Below the pieces are notes generated by a model that saw only the letters and a program-made list of their open reading frames with translations, did not search any database and had not been told where the DNA came from. A stretch of 64,000 nt of DNA, taken from NCBI GenBank assembly GCA_012295275.1, contig CM022679.1:3658001-3722000 (forward strand), read 5' to 3'. Within the stretch, counting starts at the first letter, position 1. Every line of letters starts with the position of its first letter. The position numbers and the translations under genes are program-made. This DNA comes from Chrysomallon squamiferum. Taxonomy: Eukaryota > Animalia > Mollusca. Positions 13,537 through 27,915 of this stretch are shown in pieces.

Positions 13537-15277
13537 GCTAAGACTATCCAGTAGTGTTTCAACAAATATTTTGATTTTTTAAATTTGTTTAAAGTTTTTT
13601 TTTTCATTTATATTCTCAATTAAACCTGATTAACTTAGATTACATGTACATAAAAGGAATCATTGTTTATGATGGACACCTAACAACGGTCAACATCACA
13701 AATGTGTCGGCAAACTAACTTTCTTTTTTTTTTTGTTCGATAATATTAGCGACATTCTGTTACATTATTGCCAATCTCACCAGACACCATTCTGACTGCC
13801 CCATAATTTTAAAAGCAATAAGGAATCCTGTCTGAAGAAAAATATATATTTCAAATTGCCTGCTTTGTTGACAGACTAGCTGAAAATAACGGTTCCTGTG
13901 TGCGGTGATTTGTCCAGCAGGCAGATCATTTGCATGGATCAATTTGCCAGACCGATTCTTGGGTTTAGTTTTATGAAGTCACGAATTCTTTGGCAGCGAA
14001 GAGTGAGAGGAAAGATACAACTTTATTTAACGATAGTTACAGCAGATAAGCTGCTATTAAGTGTATCTGCAGCGTCAAGAGGCGACCTGGAGCAAATGAA
14101 GACAGAAGGTCTCATTAACGAACGAGTGATAACTGCTACCGAGCTATAACTGAGGTGACTGTCGAGAGAATATTAAGTTCGACCTTTTGTTAAGAGGTAA
14201 ATGGATACAATAACCATTTTCTTTCCAGACTTTTTCTGAAACGTTTTATAACAGTCTAAATAAACGATTCAGTTCATAATGTCTCAATCTCATGGTTAGA
14301 GAAAGCAAAGACCAGAATATCTGATAAACCAGTCGCGGCGCATTGCTTGGAAACGAAATGTCTCAGTGAAGATAAGCGATAATAAAATATCTGAAATCCA
14401 AAATAATCACCCACTTGCTAGCTGAGTTCTTTAACAAAGCCGTTTTATTCACAGCAGAAAAAAGCAAAGAACGCACCGATTTTCAAAACTGAATGCAGCT
14501 GGAAATTCAGAAACGGGTTACCAACAGTGGAATAATTTGAAGAAAAGTATTCAATCGTACGTTGCCAGTTAATAACTTAGCAATTAAAAAGCCTAGGTAT
14601 ATCTTGTCCTATGTACCACTTGCACTGATTGTGGTTTTGGCCTTATATCCCTTCTGGTTCTACTCTAGTCCGTTTCCGCGAAAACACTTAGCACCAATGA
14701 CACCAGCTGGGACCGCGTGTGAATCATTAATGCGGCTACATGTGATAATAATTGAAATAGTTAATCTGACACATCACCGTTTCCTCGAGTTTCGCCACAT
14801 GTCGCTTCACAATTGCATCTATTGTTTCTGTCTCTATGTGTCTCTTAGTCCGCTTGCTCGGTTGGCTTTCTGTTCTACGGTAATGACTGCGTACTTTTTA
14901 TACCAAAACATACATTTTTATTCCTGTTTTTGCTTTTATCTCTTTTAAAGCCAGAGAAAAGAGTACTTAGATATATTTAGCTTGAGAGATGATGCTGAAA
15001 AGTTGTTTTTTTTTTTTCTTTTTTTTCTAATAGAATTGTTTGTTCAGCAAGAGCAAATAAATACGCTTATCGAGTTGTTGTCATTTAATATAAACCTACT
15101 GTGTTTCCAACTGTTTCATCCAATATTCAGACTTCGACCGCGTCATCGTGAACAAGAAAAACATTTCGAGTTGGAACCATCAACATCGCTTCAATAGTCT
15201 TCGTGCTGGATTTAGTTTTTCTTCCTGCTGTCGTTTTGTAATTATACGTGTTTTCGTGTATTCAAAGATTGCATCAG

Positions 15278-15311
<34 letters not shown>

Positions 15312-16393
15312 ATTGCTTCTGTACATTTAAAAATTAAAAAAAGAGCTAAAATGTATACAATGGATTTAAAAAATAAAACTTTTATTTTATTTTCTTCATC
15401 TGCTTTATCTGCCCTGGCTCTGCTTTTATCGTATTCCTTTCAGGATTTTATTTGTCACTAAGTCTAACTGTCTTCTTTATGCGACGCTACGTTTAATATG
15501 CGTTATTTTTTTCTGAACATTAGAAGAGGCTTAATTCAATATGTTGTTTACCATTCCGTCTTTATAGTTTGACCTAAAGCAATAAAGATAAAGCAATCAT
15601 AAGATTAACGGCTCGTTCTAAGTTTATCAACTCGAATACATAAATAATTCTGACAGAAGATGTGCAATGAAACGAACTTTCAGTTAGGTTTTGGCGATTG
15701 TTGCTATTTTGCTTATTTACTTTCTCTGGGAATAGTCAATGCAAACATACTTCTACAGCAAAAAGACCGCTTAACCACACACAAATAGTTGCATAATTCA
15801 TGAACTTTCGTGCTAGCTCAAACTCGACAGCAGCTATAAGAAGACATAAAACGTAATTGTCTCCCAGTTAGAAATGCCCAAGTGTGATTACGGTTACTGC
15901 AAGAAACCTGCCAGTTAATTGTACAGGAGGACTGCCACATTTGGAGACATCCGGTGCGTCTTGTCCGAAAAGCGTATTGATTTTAATATGGAAAACGAGA
16001 ATGCTTGTCAAAAATTTGGCATCGGTAGCTGAGACAGAGCATGTGTGTGACAAGCAGCCACTCCATTAATATTTAGCAGTTTTAGAGATGAATCCAGTAT
16101 TTCAGAAAAGAGGGGCGGGGACCTCTGCGAGTTTGGCAGACATCAAAAGAATTTAGTTACCAAGAAAACAAAACGAATAGCAAAACCAGAGAGAGAGAGA
16201 GAGAGACAGAGATGAATGCCGGTTCAGATATGTTCATGACTTAAGATGTGCTGAAAGGTAAATGTTAGCAAATTTTCTGTGAAATTTAGTATTTATAAAA
16301 TTACTTGTATTTAGCTAAATTAAGAGCTGAAACAGTGCAAGGTTGTATAACGATAATATTCTTGATAACAGTATATATTATTATTGTAATCTT

Positions 16394-16395
<2 letters not shown>

Positions 16396-16444
<49 letters not shown>
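16396..16444. repeat. (CT)n microsatellite
   Basis: Direct reading. Confidence 0.95.
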
Positions 16445-16447
<3 letters not shown>

Positions 16448-17205
16448 CCTCCCTCCCCCGTAGGTAATATTCTGCAAATTATTCAAATTTTTGCAATTTT
16501 TGGTTTAAGTTCCTCTGAAGTAACATAACAAAGCACATTAGTCAACCAGTCAAAATAAAACAATGATGAATTTAAATATATATTTGACACAAACAGTCGC
16601 ATCTGGTATACAGAGAAAATATAAAGTAGTGTGTGAATAATAACTTATACAGAATTACGAATGTTTGGACTATGTTGTATACAGATGACAAATAGTTCCA
16701 GATGCGTCTTCAGTACAGTGGTGTGTGTATATACATACATAAAATAAAGTAAAATTTTATTAAAGCGAAATTCACTTTACTGACGTTTTCGGTCAACATC
16801 TCAAAATTCGATCTAGACACCGAATGCCCATGGATAAAACTACAGTCACTGGAAAACGCAATAAAGTGCATTTCGCGAACACATCTGATTAAAGAATTAC
16901 CTGAAATGTTGCAGAAAACCAGACGCTTACATTATATAATTATTTGAAACTGATCTGGTTACGTTCATACAATCATAGTCACAGTTATTAGGTTAAAATG
17001 ATCTATTAACTGCAGACCAATTATCTGTATGTAACGCGCTGGAAACTGAATTTAAATTATATGAAATAAAATTGTTGCTGCTACTGTTCTGGGGGAAGCA
17101 AACACAAGTTCTGCCAGTTCTGATAGAAAAATTGATACAACATATTTGATAAATGTTGACGACATTAAAGATCAATCATAACGACAATATTAAGGCAAAA
17201 ATAGT

Positions 17206-17207
<2 letters not shown>

Positions 17208-17266
<59 letters not shown>
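17208..17266. repeat. (CA)n microsatellite
   Basis: Direct reading. Confidence 0.95.
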
Positions 17267-17267
<1 letters not shown>

Positions 17268-19045
17268 TATTTTTTCTTTAGAAATTGTAGTTCAAACAAA
17301 ACGTTTAGCTATGGACTTTTTTAATAACTGCCATTGTATTGCGTATAAACATGATACTAACCATAAAAACTATTGTATTCATTATTAGTTTTTATCTTCT
17401 TCTTTTTAATGTATGAATATATAAAAAATAATAAAAAAATTTCACTTGAAAACACATATCTTAACAACCTTTGTTTGCAGACTGCTTCTCAGTTAAAAAT
17501 ACATGAACAATATTTAGATATAATTACACAGTATAAAGAACAACATTAATTAGGCATCGATTTCAATTTTCTTTTTTTTTTTCCCCTCCATTTTCTTTTC
17601 TCTCCCATTGCACCTCCTGTTCCACCTCAAATATCTCGTTAAAATAATCAAAACTGAATCCGTTCTAATTCAAATGCTTCAACTCAGTAACGATTAGGTT
17701 TCAGAGTGTGTGAGCTAATTATTTCTTTAAAGAGCCAGGAGTGTCGATAAAATCATACGAGAGTTAGATGACGCAAAAATCTCCGAAGTGAAGATGTTCG
17801 ATTGAGTGAGACCATGCTCTTATCACTGTTATAAAACTGTTTCTACAGTCTTTATCTTCTCTTTTTTCTTCTTCTTCTTCTTCTTTTTTAAAAAAAAAAA
17901 AAAAGAAAATAAAATAAGAAAATAATGATAAACACGTTTTGATCCAGTGTTACGGGAAGAAATATTACGTAGACAATACATTTTATCGCAGCACATCAAA
18001 ATGGTCGAGCGAATAATTTCGCTCGAAACATATGCATCATGAAATTGCGAAATCAATCTCTTTTTACCGAAGACTTCCACAAGAGTAGCTAAATTGGCTG
18101 TTTCTCTTTATCGACCAGTCGAGACAGATTATTTTCGAAAGCACCAAAATGATCGGTTAGCTGAACCTGATTTTTGTCCACTGTAAACTTCAGAAAATTG
18201 TAGTAGTTGAGAGATACGCATGAAACCACGCCAGCGATATGTCTATAATCATCGTTAACTCCGTGCAATAAGATAGGATGATTAAAAGCTATTATGATAG
18301 CCCAGTAGTTTAGATAACGCAGAGGTCGGGTTTCGTGTAGACATGAATGTCTGAGTAAAATGAAAATAGATAAAAAGGCTGAAGAAAAAGGGAGAAAAAG
18401 GCACGCTAAAAACGTCTGATACAGCATGACAGACAAATTAAGATTAAATAAACAAGCTTATGATCCAACAAGTAAAATCCGAAATCTCAATAATATCAAT
18501 ATAACCTGAATGATATTACGTTCTAGAAGAAAATAAAGAAATTCGTATAAAGCATTCATTTCTGAATATGCTTCCATTTATTGCTCCGTGTGTGTTTGTA
18601 TGCTAACTCTTGTTCCCAGTTTGTATTTTATTTCTGTAATTAATAGTTGTCTACGCTCAGTCTCTGCACTTTGACGTCATTGTCGCAACCTGCACGACCT
18701 TCATTTGAGCTGACGCGTTTTGTCTCTTAACAATGAAAGTGTTTTGAGGGGATGCCCCAGCTGGGCAAGCAGTAACAGGATGTCTGCATCCTCGTTTCAG
18801 AAAGAAATTAAATTCATCTAGCGTACACAGTGTCTGACACCAGTGATCGGCCATCGAGAAGTGATGTTTCATTTACGTCTCTATACAATCTATCTGTCTG
18901 CCTCTCTGTCTGTCTATCTACCCATCTATCTGTCTATCTATATGTGTGTCTGTGTCTGTGTCTGTGTGTTGCTTTTCTTATTTTTCAAATAGCTTTTTTT
19001 TTTTCTCCTGAAACTGATGTAACACATTATTTATTTCATATCAAT

Positions 19046-19047
<2 letters not shown>

Positions 19048-19116
<69 letters not shown>
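19048..19116. repeat. (CT)n microsatellite
   Basis: Direct reading. Confidence 0.95.
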
Positions 19117-19119
<3 letters not shown>

Positions 19120-19598
19120 ATCTGTCTTGTGTGTATCTCCTCTTCTTTCGCTTTTTCTCTGATTTTTTTTTTACATTTCATAAGTTAGAGTTGAAAGACC
19201 CCTTTAGGAGAATATTACATAATTCATACCACATTCACCAGCTTTGAGCAATAAATATTATTTATACACAGAATAATCGAATTTTTGTATTTCTGATATT
19301 AAAACTGTGTAATAAAACACTCCCATTTATTTAAAAATAATATCTTGTTACAATCCCTTTTACCACAGGCCTGAGACAAAACGCCTCCCTTGTGTTCATT
19401 TTAAATGAGTGAACTATCAACTACTCTGTTATAAATTAAAACAAGTTATTAAATGTAAAGCCAGTAGATCACTCCATAACTTTGGAATACTTTGTCTGTA
19501 CATGACCATTATTTAACCTAAAACATGAATATTAACAATCGTAAAAATCCTTACAAGTGTTAGAGGTAAAGCTTCGGAATATAGGAGGACTATACCTA

Positions 19599-19625
19599 TG
19601 ACGTCAATCGAATATTGTGACGTAA
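19599..19625. promoter_or_regulatory. Paired CRE/ATF-like sites
   Basis: TGACGTCA 19599-19606 and TGACGTAA 19618-19625. Confidence 0.3.
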
Positions 19626-20356
19626 TTTCCGGTTTCTGTCCATATTCACACTTTGCAACAAAGACAGTGGACCTTTTATCCCAAAGTGGCCCTTTACTCA
19701 ACATGTCCCACGTCGCTATTTTTGACCTGGCTAAATATTCATTTATTCATAACTCACTTTGTTACTCCTTCTTTCTCTGTCGCTGTCTTTAATTGTGTCT
19801 CACTTTCGATCCTTTCTTCTTTTTTATTTTACTTTTTATTTTTGTTGTTGTTGTTGTTTCTAAACCTCCTCATCAAAATGTGTTTCTTATTTTCTCTTAA
19901 TCTGACAGTTTTAACGTATATTTTTGAATATCTCTATTATTTTAATTTCAGGTTTGATGCTGAGGAACCTATTTTTTTCTGTCACTAATTACCTTTCTCA
20001 CTTTCTCCTACTATGTTTTCACATACCATCTGTATTAGTATCTGTCATAAATATCTTTATATATTAGAAAATATAATCCGCAGTAGCCATAAAATTAGCC
20101 GTCTTCTCATATCAGAAATCATGGACAACTGTATACATCGTGTGAAATAAAGTGTCACTTCCAGATGAATAAACATTTTCCTTTCATTAACACCTATCAG
20201 CCACGTGGTTCATTCGCTGACAAAAATTAATGACAACCAATTTTCTTCAGACTGAGATAAGGACAGATATTCTTTTCGTTAAACAAACTGGGCATGTTTG
20301 TAGCTTAGCTCATTAGCTCCTCGATTCTTTCCTAATTTTACTAGGCTCTCTCTACC

Positions 20357-20467
<111 letters not shown>

Positions 20468-21046
20468 CTTTCTCTGTCTTTGATTTTTATCTCTTCTGTC
20501 TCTATATTCTGAACATCTAACCAACTTTATTCTCGAACTTACACTCATCATGCATTTTGTTAACGAATATTTATTTTATCCTCAAATAGTGCAATTTTTA
20601 TAAGATAAAATTCTCTTAACATTCACAATGTTCTAATAGCACAAATATTCTCATCAGATTCGCAGGGAACAATGCATGTCCTAGTTACCCTCAAAGAAAC
20701 CATTCACCTTTCCACCTTCTGTATTTCGGTCTTGTTCAACGTCTAAAAGTTTGATTAGTCTTAACACCGTAAGGAAAATCTCTGAGCGATGACTCTCTTA
20801 TTTGATTTCTTCGTACTTAGGATTCATTGTGCCAAACAACATCTTAGGAAAAAAAAAATCTTATTTAATTACTTAAACTGAATGGATAAATAATAGCATT
20901 AATGATCAAGTTGCATGTCAGATCCGGAGTGATCGAATACATGTTAATAACCTGGTTTAAGGGCATTTCTCTTTCTAGTGATTGGTTTGGACACTGTTTT
21001 GAAAACGCCCAATGGGCTCAATTTTATAACACGAATTAAGACCCAC

Positions 21047-21075
21047 GGGGGAAGGGAGAGGGGGAGGGAGGGATG

Positions 21076-21173
<98 letters not shown>
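21047..21173. repeat. G-run tract followed by (GA)n(GACA)n
   Basis: Direct reading. Confidence 0.95.
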
Positions 21174-21174
<1 letters not shown>

Positions 21175-24100
21175 CCATATTATAAGAATAATCACTGCTT
21201 ATTTGGTGATGGCATTAAAGCTAATTAGTAACAAAAAAGATGATACAATTCTGTGAATAAAACAAAACTTTTCTATCTTGAGTGAATTACAATATATTTT
21301 CAAGAATCCTCTTAAAATGATAATTCAGTATGTAACGATAACAGATATTGGCTCAAACAGGTATTTTTCTATCTTTTCTCAGTGTTTACAGGCAGTAACT
21401 AAACAAAGAACGTTGACTCTCATTGTATGGAACTCAAACTTCAGTATTAATACATGCTAATGTGACTGCAGCTGTTGTTGTTATTCATCCTGCTATAAGC
21501 AATGATTTTTTTTTTTAAATCGCTCCACTATTATCAGGCAATCTTTGCTTTCATTATTGTTTTTATCCCCGCTAGAAAATTCCGCTCCAATATCAATAAA
21601 ACAACATAAAAATTTAGATTCTCAACGACACCTAAAAACAGTATTACTTTTTTTATTTGTTAATGATCCCTTAAAGACATGAATCATCAAAACATTTTGA
21701 TAATAAATTTCACCAAGCAAATGATAAAATACATAAAAAACAACAACCAATAAAACAAAAAATAAAAATCAATTTATTTTCTATCTTAATTTTATTACAT
21801 AATTTCCTGTGATTAAATATTCTGATATATTTTTTTTTAAGCAAGATGTAAACAATATTGGATATTGATTAAGCAATGTTAAGTGCACCTTTTTATTATT
21901 AGTTTCTTTGTTCTCGTAAACATAATCGATATGTTGACTCATTATCTCACAGTAATTTTGTTAACACCTGTCGCAGCGCGTAATATAAACTAACTTAGAT
22001 ATTGTGTTGTTCATGTATTATTTAGCGCTTGCCTAACAGCGATGTATTACTGGCTGTATCGATTTTCATTTGACATCGTGTATCAAAGGTCACATTTGCT
22101 TTACCTTCGTGCTATCGAATCTGCCCGACCAGCCACAGTTTGCTGAATCTCTCCCACACGGAGTCTAAGTTGAGACACTTTCCGTTTCAGACTCTCTTCC
22201 GTTTGGTTTTGTATTTTCCCATTATCCAGAAGTGGTATATAAAGTCTTATTTGCTAATAAAGAGAAGTAACTAATAGAGAAGCTGTTTGCGTTCTCAAAT
22301 CTGGGCACATCAATGTCAAGATGACTGAATTGTTTGTCAGAATTTTACACACAGAGATGTAATGACTGGTTAAACAAAAGATAGATTTAATTATCCACAA
22401 ATTAGCATATAAGAAAGCTCGCGATACGATTCGATCTCATTAACTACAAGTTTCGAGATCAGCTACGTAACTTCAACGCTACTGATTTTTATGGAATGTT
22501 TATTTCTTCGTTTATTTTTCAGCTGCTACAGTTATTGTTATTGCTGCTTTCTTTTGTTGTTGTGATGTTCTTGGCGCTTTTGGAAAGCAACGTAATTGAA
22601 AGTACGTTGACTTGTGGTTAGTACATTTTCATATCCACTACAATCTGTCGCACATTCACTAAGTTAAGAATACCATGATCGTGAAATATCTCATCTATCA
22701 ATATAATAATAAATACTGTCGGTGCAGAAAATAAGTTACAAAGTTACTGATGCGCCACATCAATGTGATGTTATCATCATCATAGTCATCATCATTATTA
22801 TTATTATTATTATCATTATTATGATCGTAATCCTTCCAAAAAGCGTTTTTTTTTTCTGTTGATTTGTTCTTTTGTTTATTATATTTATTTATTCATTCGT
22901 TATTTGCTTTCTTTATTCTCGCTTTATTTGAATACACTTTCTCATTCATTCCATCATGCAAATTGAAATAAAACATGCATATATCTCTTAATCATCATTA
23001 AACCATTAAAATCATCTTTTTCTCTCTTGTTTTTCAATCTCTAATTAGCAAAGCTGCAGCATTCCTACATTTAACTAATTCTTGTGATCCTTTTATAAGC
23101 CGTAGAAAAAACATATAACAGCGTTTACAGTTATATGTGCAAGCATAGCATGCAAACATACATATATATATATATACATTTTGTTAATACGTGTTGCAGT
23201 TATCATTTCTTTCCTAAGGCGACGATTCAAAATGCTGTGACGAAATTTAATATTTATTTTGTCTCCGTCAGAAAGATCTTCAAATATTTCCTCTCGCGCT
23301 CTAATTAGATTTTCTGAAGGTTTCATTGTCATGTCATGGAAAGTGTTTAAACCTTTGTCCCTAAACACCAGAAGTTCTGACCAACATTTCCTGATCACGA
23401 AGAACGAATTCCTAGGAGGTTCCAGCCCAAAACATGGACTATCGTGTAAAACTAAATTTACGTATAAAATAATAAAATAAGAACGCGCAGTTCAGTGGCT
23501 CCCGGGAGAGCTAGTTTAATAGATAAATGTATTAATCAATTCACTGTGGTCTAAGCAAACCCTTCATGTTTCCTGTTGAAAAAAGAAATTATTTTTCTCC
23601 TTTGCGATTTGGTCTTTTTCAACAGATCCTAAGTGCTTCATCTGCGGAACAAACCCATTATGAAGTGATACTTCTAAAAACTGTAAAGACCACGTGGTGA
23701 TTTTCGATAACATTTACAACTCGTAATATCAGACAAAACACGATAATAAAAATCGAGCGTTGATGTATAACAAATAAATAAATAAATAAATAAAGTTGCC
23801 TTTTGTCAAATATTGTGGAATGGGTTTTCCGTACTTTTTCTCAAATGCAATATGATATCAACAGAAAACTAACTCGTATATAAACTTAGAAATAAAAACA
23901 AAGACGAAAAAGAAGAAGTAATTACGAAAAATAGTCGAAAAATAAACAAACAGAGATGTTATGACTATGAAATGATGATGATCGGCGTATCATTAATAAC
24001 ATTATGATCATGAAGAATACTACAATGATGATAACTAACAAACTGATGATGATTCATACACTTTTATGCACCCATTACGTAAAATTAATTTCTAACATCG

Positions 24101-24199
24101 TATTGTTACACTATTTTCTTTACTGAGAACATTTTCTGAAGATCGTGGAATTGTTTTCGGAACAACACAACAACTCAACACTCAGCAACATTTTGCCGC

Positions 24200-24487
24200 T
24201 CTCCAGGATGTGCATTTAAAAAGATCCGCCAAATGCAGTGCTCGAGGCAATTGTGCGAGTTGTGTGCCGAAATCAATACACAGTACATGTAGATAAGTTT
24301 TCTAGCACAGATTACTGTAAACAACAGCTGTCATAGGCTGGACGTGTCGACAGAACGTTGACACGCTATTTGTTACACACGGTAAGTGAAAAACAGTCGG
24401 CGTTCGAAACGACCAGAAACTCCGCAAGTCAGCAGCAACAAATGTGTTTAACTGTAAGGTGAGTTGTCGGTGAGTTGTCGGTGAGTT
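24200..24487 (+). promoter_or_regulatory. Candidate alternative promoter/first exon with multiple splice donors
   Basis: CpG-rich island, TTTAAAAA ~24216, donor acg|gtaagt at 24382 and gtgagt donors at 24459, 24470 and 24481. Confidence 0.4.
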
Positions 24488-27400
24488 TTTGCTTGCTTTT
24501 CGTACTCGGGGTTAGTGAAATGAATAGATAAACAAATGCATAAAAGACTGAATGAATAAATAAGCGTTTTGAGAATAGTCATCATCACATGTTATGTTAT
24601 GTTTGGCAAATTGAAAGTTTTTGCAATTCGAATGAATGTAAACCTTTGATGGAGTTTTTTGTATTATCATCATCGTCATCGCCGTCATCATTATGATAAT
24701 CAACATCTACAATAATGTATGCATAATACCTGAAACTGCTGCAGTATGTTTGTGCATTGCATCTGCTGTCTGAGGGAAATAAATATCTCTAATCTCAAAA
24801 GACTTTTTTTTTACTTTAAACATGCAGTTTCGTGTATCAACGTTGATGCTTCTGTGTAACATTTTAGTCCAAAAATGTTTTGATTATTAGATTATTAAAA
24901 TGTTGACATTAATGCACTAGATTCATCACGGCAGATGCAGCTGTCGTAATGATTTTTTATTTCACATTTATGCTCGAATAAAAGATCGAAAAATGCCATA
25001 ACTGTCTTGTAAAATGAACGAAATGAACGTGATTAATGGGAGCAATGATCTCTGCAGTTATAAAGCGGTTAAAAAGTATATTTTAAATATTAAAAAAACA
25101 AGTTATTTTGATTTACGTGTTCCTAAATTGCTCTGCTGTTCAATATTTGCAAAATATATTGACTTGTTTTAAGTCCACTGTCTGCAATTTCCCGAAAACT
25201 GACGCATTTTAACATCTAAACCAAAACTTTGACAGTTTGATACTTTTTTCTGCTTTTACTGTTTTTAATGCATATAAAAGGATCGAAGAATTTTAAAAGG
25301 TTCCTCAGTGTTTTTTAAATCAAATATTCATTAAATATTTTTAAATTTCTTACATATATATATATATTATGGGAATATATTTGCTACGTATGAGTTAGCT
25401 TATATTACTATTATTATTATTATTAAAGTTTTTTTTTAACTTTTATAAATTCCGTTTTACAGAACCAACACGTGTTGCTTAGACTATTATTATTATTATT
25501 ATTATTGTTATATTACTATTATTATTAAAAACAAACTGTTCAATGGACGTTTCACTGATGTGTTTAGTTTAACTTTCGTTATTGGATTTATTATAACCGC
25601 AAATGTTCAATATCTAATTAGAAATGTTATTAAACGTAAGCTGGATGTATTATATTTATTTTCAGTTTATGTGCCAACTCGATGGTTTTCACTTGTATTC
25701 TTGGGAGCAGTGAGCTGTAAGCTTTTGGACTGTCTGCCTAAAATGTTAATAATGTCATTCGTCTGGTCTGTTGGTTATAAACAAAAGAGGGTTAAGCTGT
25801 TTTGGGCTGGCTTTGTGCAATGCAAGTAAACACTAGAATTAAATGCCGATATTTTAACGAATGCCTCACTGAGGTTCGTCATGCAAGGCGGATTTCCAGA
25901 TTTATCAGTTAAACAAAGGTTTTCCAGTTTGAACTATAGCTCTTCTGTATGTTTCCTAATTGACTTCTGATTAGTATGCCAATAGTTTATTGGTTTTTTT
26001 TTTTAAACTCCTATTTTGAAACTTTTCTCTTTTGTCCGAAAAACAAATTAAGAATATGTTAGAAAGGTCTGAGTTTCACTCTTTCCTCTATGAAATGCGA
26101 CTGTGTTAACTGCAAGCTATGAAGAAGATGGTTTACCTGATAGATTATTCTGGTGTTTCACAACCAGGTCTAGGAAAGAATAAGTGACAGCATATGTTTC
26201 TTACCTTCAGACGTTAAGAGCAAACGTACTATCCAAATCTAATTGAAACTAATTAGTGGATCGAACTAGGAAGTATAGCATAGCAAGAGAGAAAGAAGCT
26301 AGAGTGGAATAAGTAATACAGACAATAATGAAGGGAAGTACAAGCGCAAGTTCTGATATAAATGTATCGCATTACAATGGTACACAATACAAGGGAATTC
26401 TATTTCCAGAGCAGCGAAAATAATTATAATTGTTAATGTATCCATCACAAAAGCTCGTAGCTATCTTTACGGTGCATTAATCGGTATTTCTTTTATCTTA
26501 GGAAAATCAAAAGAAATGTAGCTAACAAAAAGGATGTATTGATTTACATTATTGTCCAAGCCAGAAAAGGGAAATAAACCATTTTTTTCCCGTGTAGTAA
26601 AATGTCAGTCAGCGGGTGTACACATCATGTCATGTCCCCTATTGTTTCGTTAGAAAAAAAAAGACTTAAAGAAACAATGTTTCCAATTTTATATTTTTAT
26701 AAATTTCTGAATAATCGTAATTGTTTCGAACTAATACACAAAAACATGTATTATGTCTAGCTAATCTTTTAAAACTCCACTGAGATATTTTTATCAGATA
26801 TTATTAGTGTACATAAAACGTACAATTCAAATTAAGAAAAAAAGGGCACGAAAGAAAGAGAATTCTATTTCAGCCAGTAATTTGAGTGTTTATCTAGATT
26901 CGTCTTCACGTCAATACTTATAAAATACAGCTTGGTATTATCTACATCGATTAGTTAAACACAAACGTGGATGCACCCGAGTTAAATTCGATTGTGTATA
27001 ATAAGATAATCACGAATGAAAAAAAAAAATCCATCAGAAACTATATTATAAAGTTCAGCACTTCCACAAATCCCACATCAGAAACTGCTGCAAATCATCA
27101 CGTGAACGAGATTCAACGTGTTATTCAGCAACGAAATCCAGTTTATGTTACTGATATTTGTATGACATTTACAAACTTTATGAAAATAAGAAAACTAAAA
27201 GCTTTATGAATTTCTGAATCACAAATTAAGCTTCTGAACCCTTTTAAAGATTCAAAATTGAATGTCTTATATTTATAAAGATATTTCGAGTTGTGGCAGA
27301 ACTATCGCAAATTTCTTAAATTGACCCAGTCCCTGCTCATCTTATTCGCAAAGCAGTTGCGTGCACTTGGTAATTTGACACTAATTATTTTCTCTCAGTT

Positions 27401-27489
27401 TCCATCATAACTGTCCACTTCAAGCTGAAGTGTGAATTAAGCCATGAATGATTTCTACTTTAAAAACGATTTAATAAAGCTAATAAATT

Positions 27490-27670
27490 AAACATGACGC
27501 GATTGTACTGCGCTGATTGCAGTCCCTAACCGCGTCTTGTACGTGTTTGTTCACACGCTCTCTTCATGTCTGCTAGCAGATTGTGTTAGGCGAGATTTCA
27601 CGTTCTTCTCGTGCACAAATGAAGACTGTAAATTAACTACAGGCAGTCTCAGTGTGTTTAGTATGTGAGT
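27490..27670 (+). promoter_or_regulatory. Candidate alternative first exon or enhancer
   Basis: CpG-rich stretch ending in overlapping donor-like gtatgt/gtgagt at 27661-27670. Confidence 0.25.
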
Positions 27671-27842
27671 ATTATACTAAAATGTGTTTTCTGCTTGTCT
27701 GCTAGGTTGCATTCTTGTTAGTAAACATGAAAATTGTGAATGTGTCTGTATTTTATTGTTTTTTTCGGGGGTTGTTTTAGAAAAAAAAAAAAATATATAT
27801 ATATATATATTAGTTTGCAATTGTCCCTACAGCTACCTAGCT

Positions 27843-27845
<3 letters not shown>

Positions 27846-27911
<66 letters not shown>
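27846..27911. repeat. (CT)n microsatellite
   Basis: Direct reading. Confidence 0.95.
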
Positions 27912-27915
<4 letters not shown>

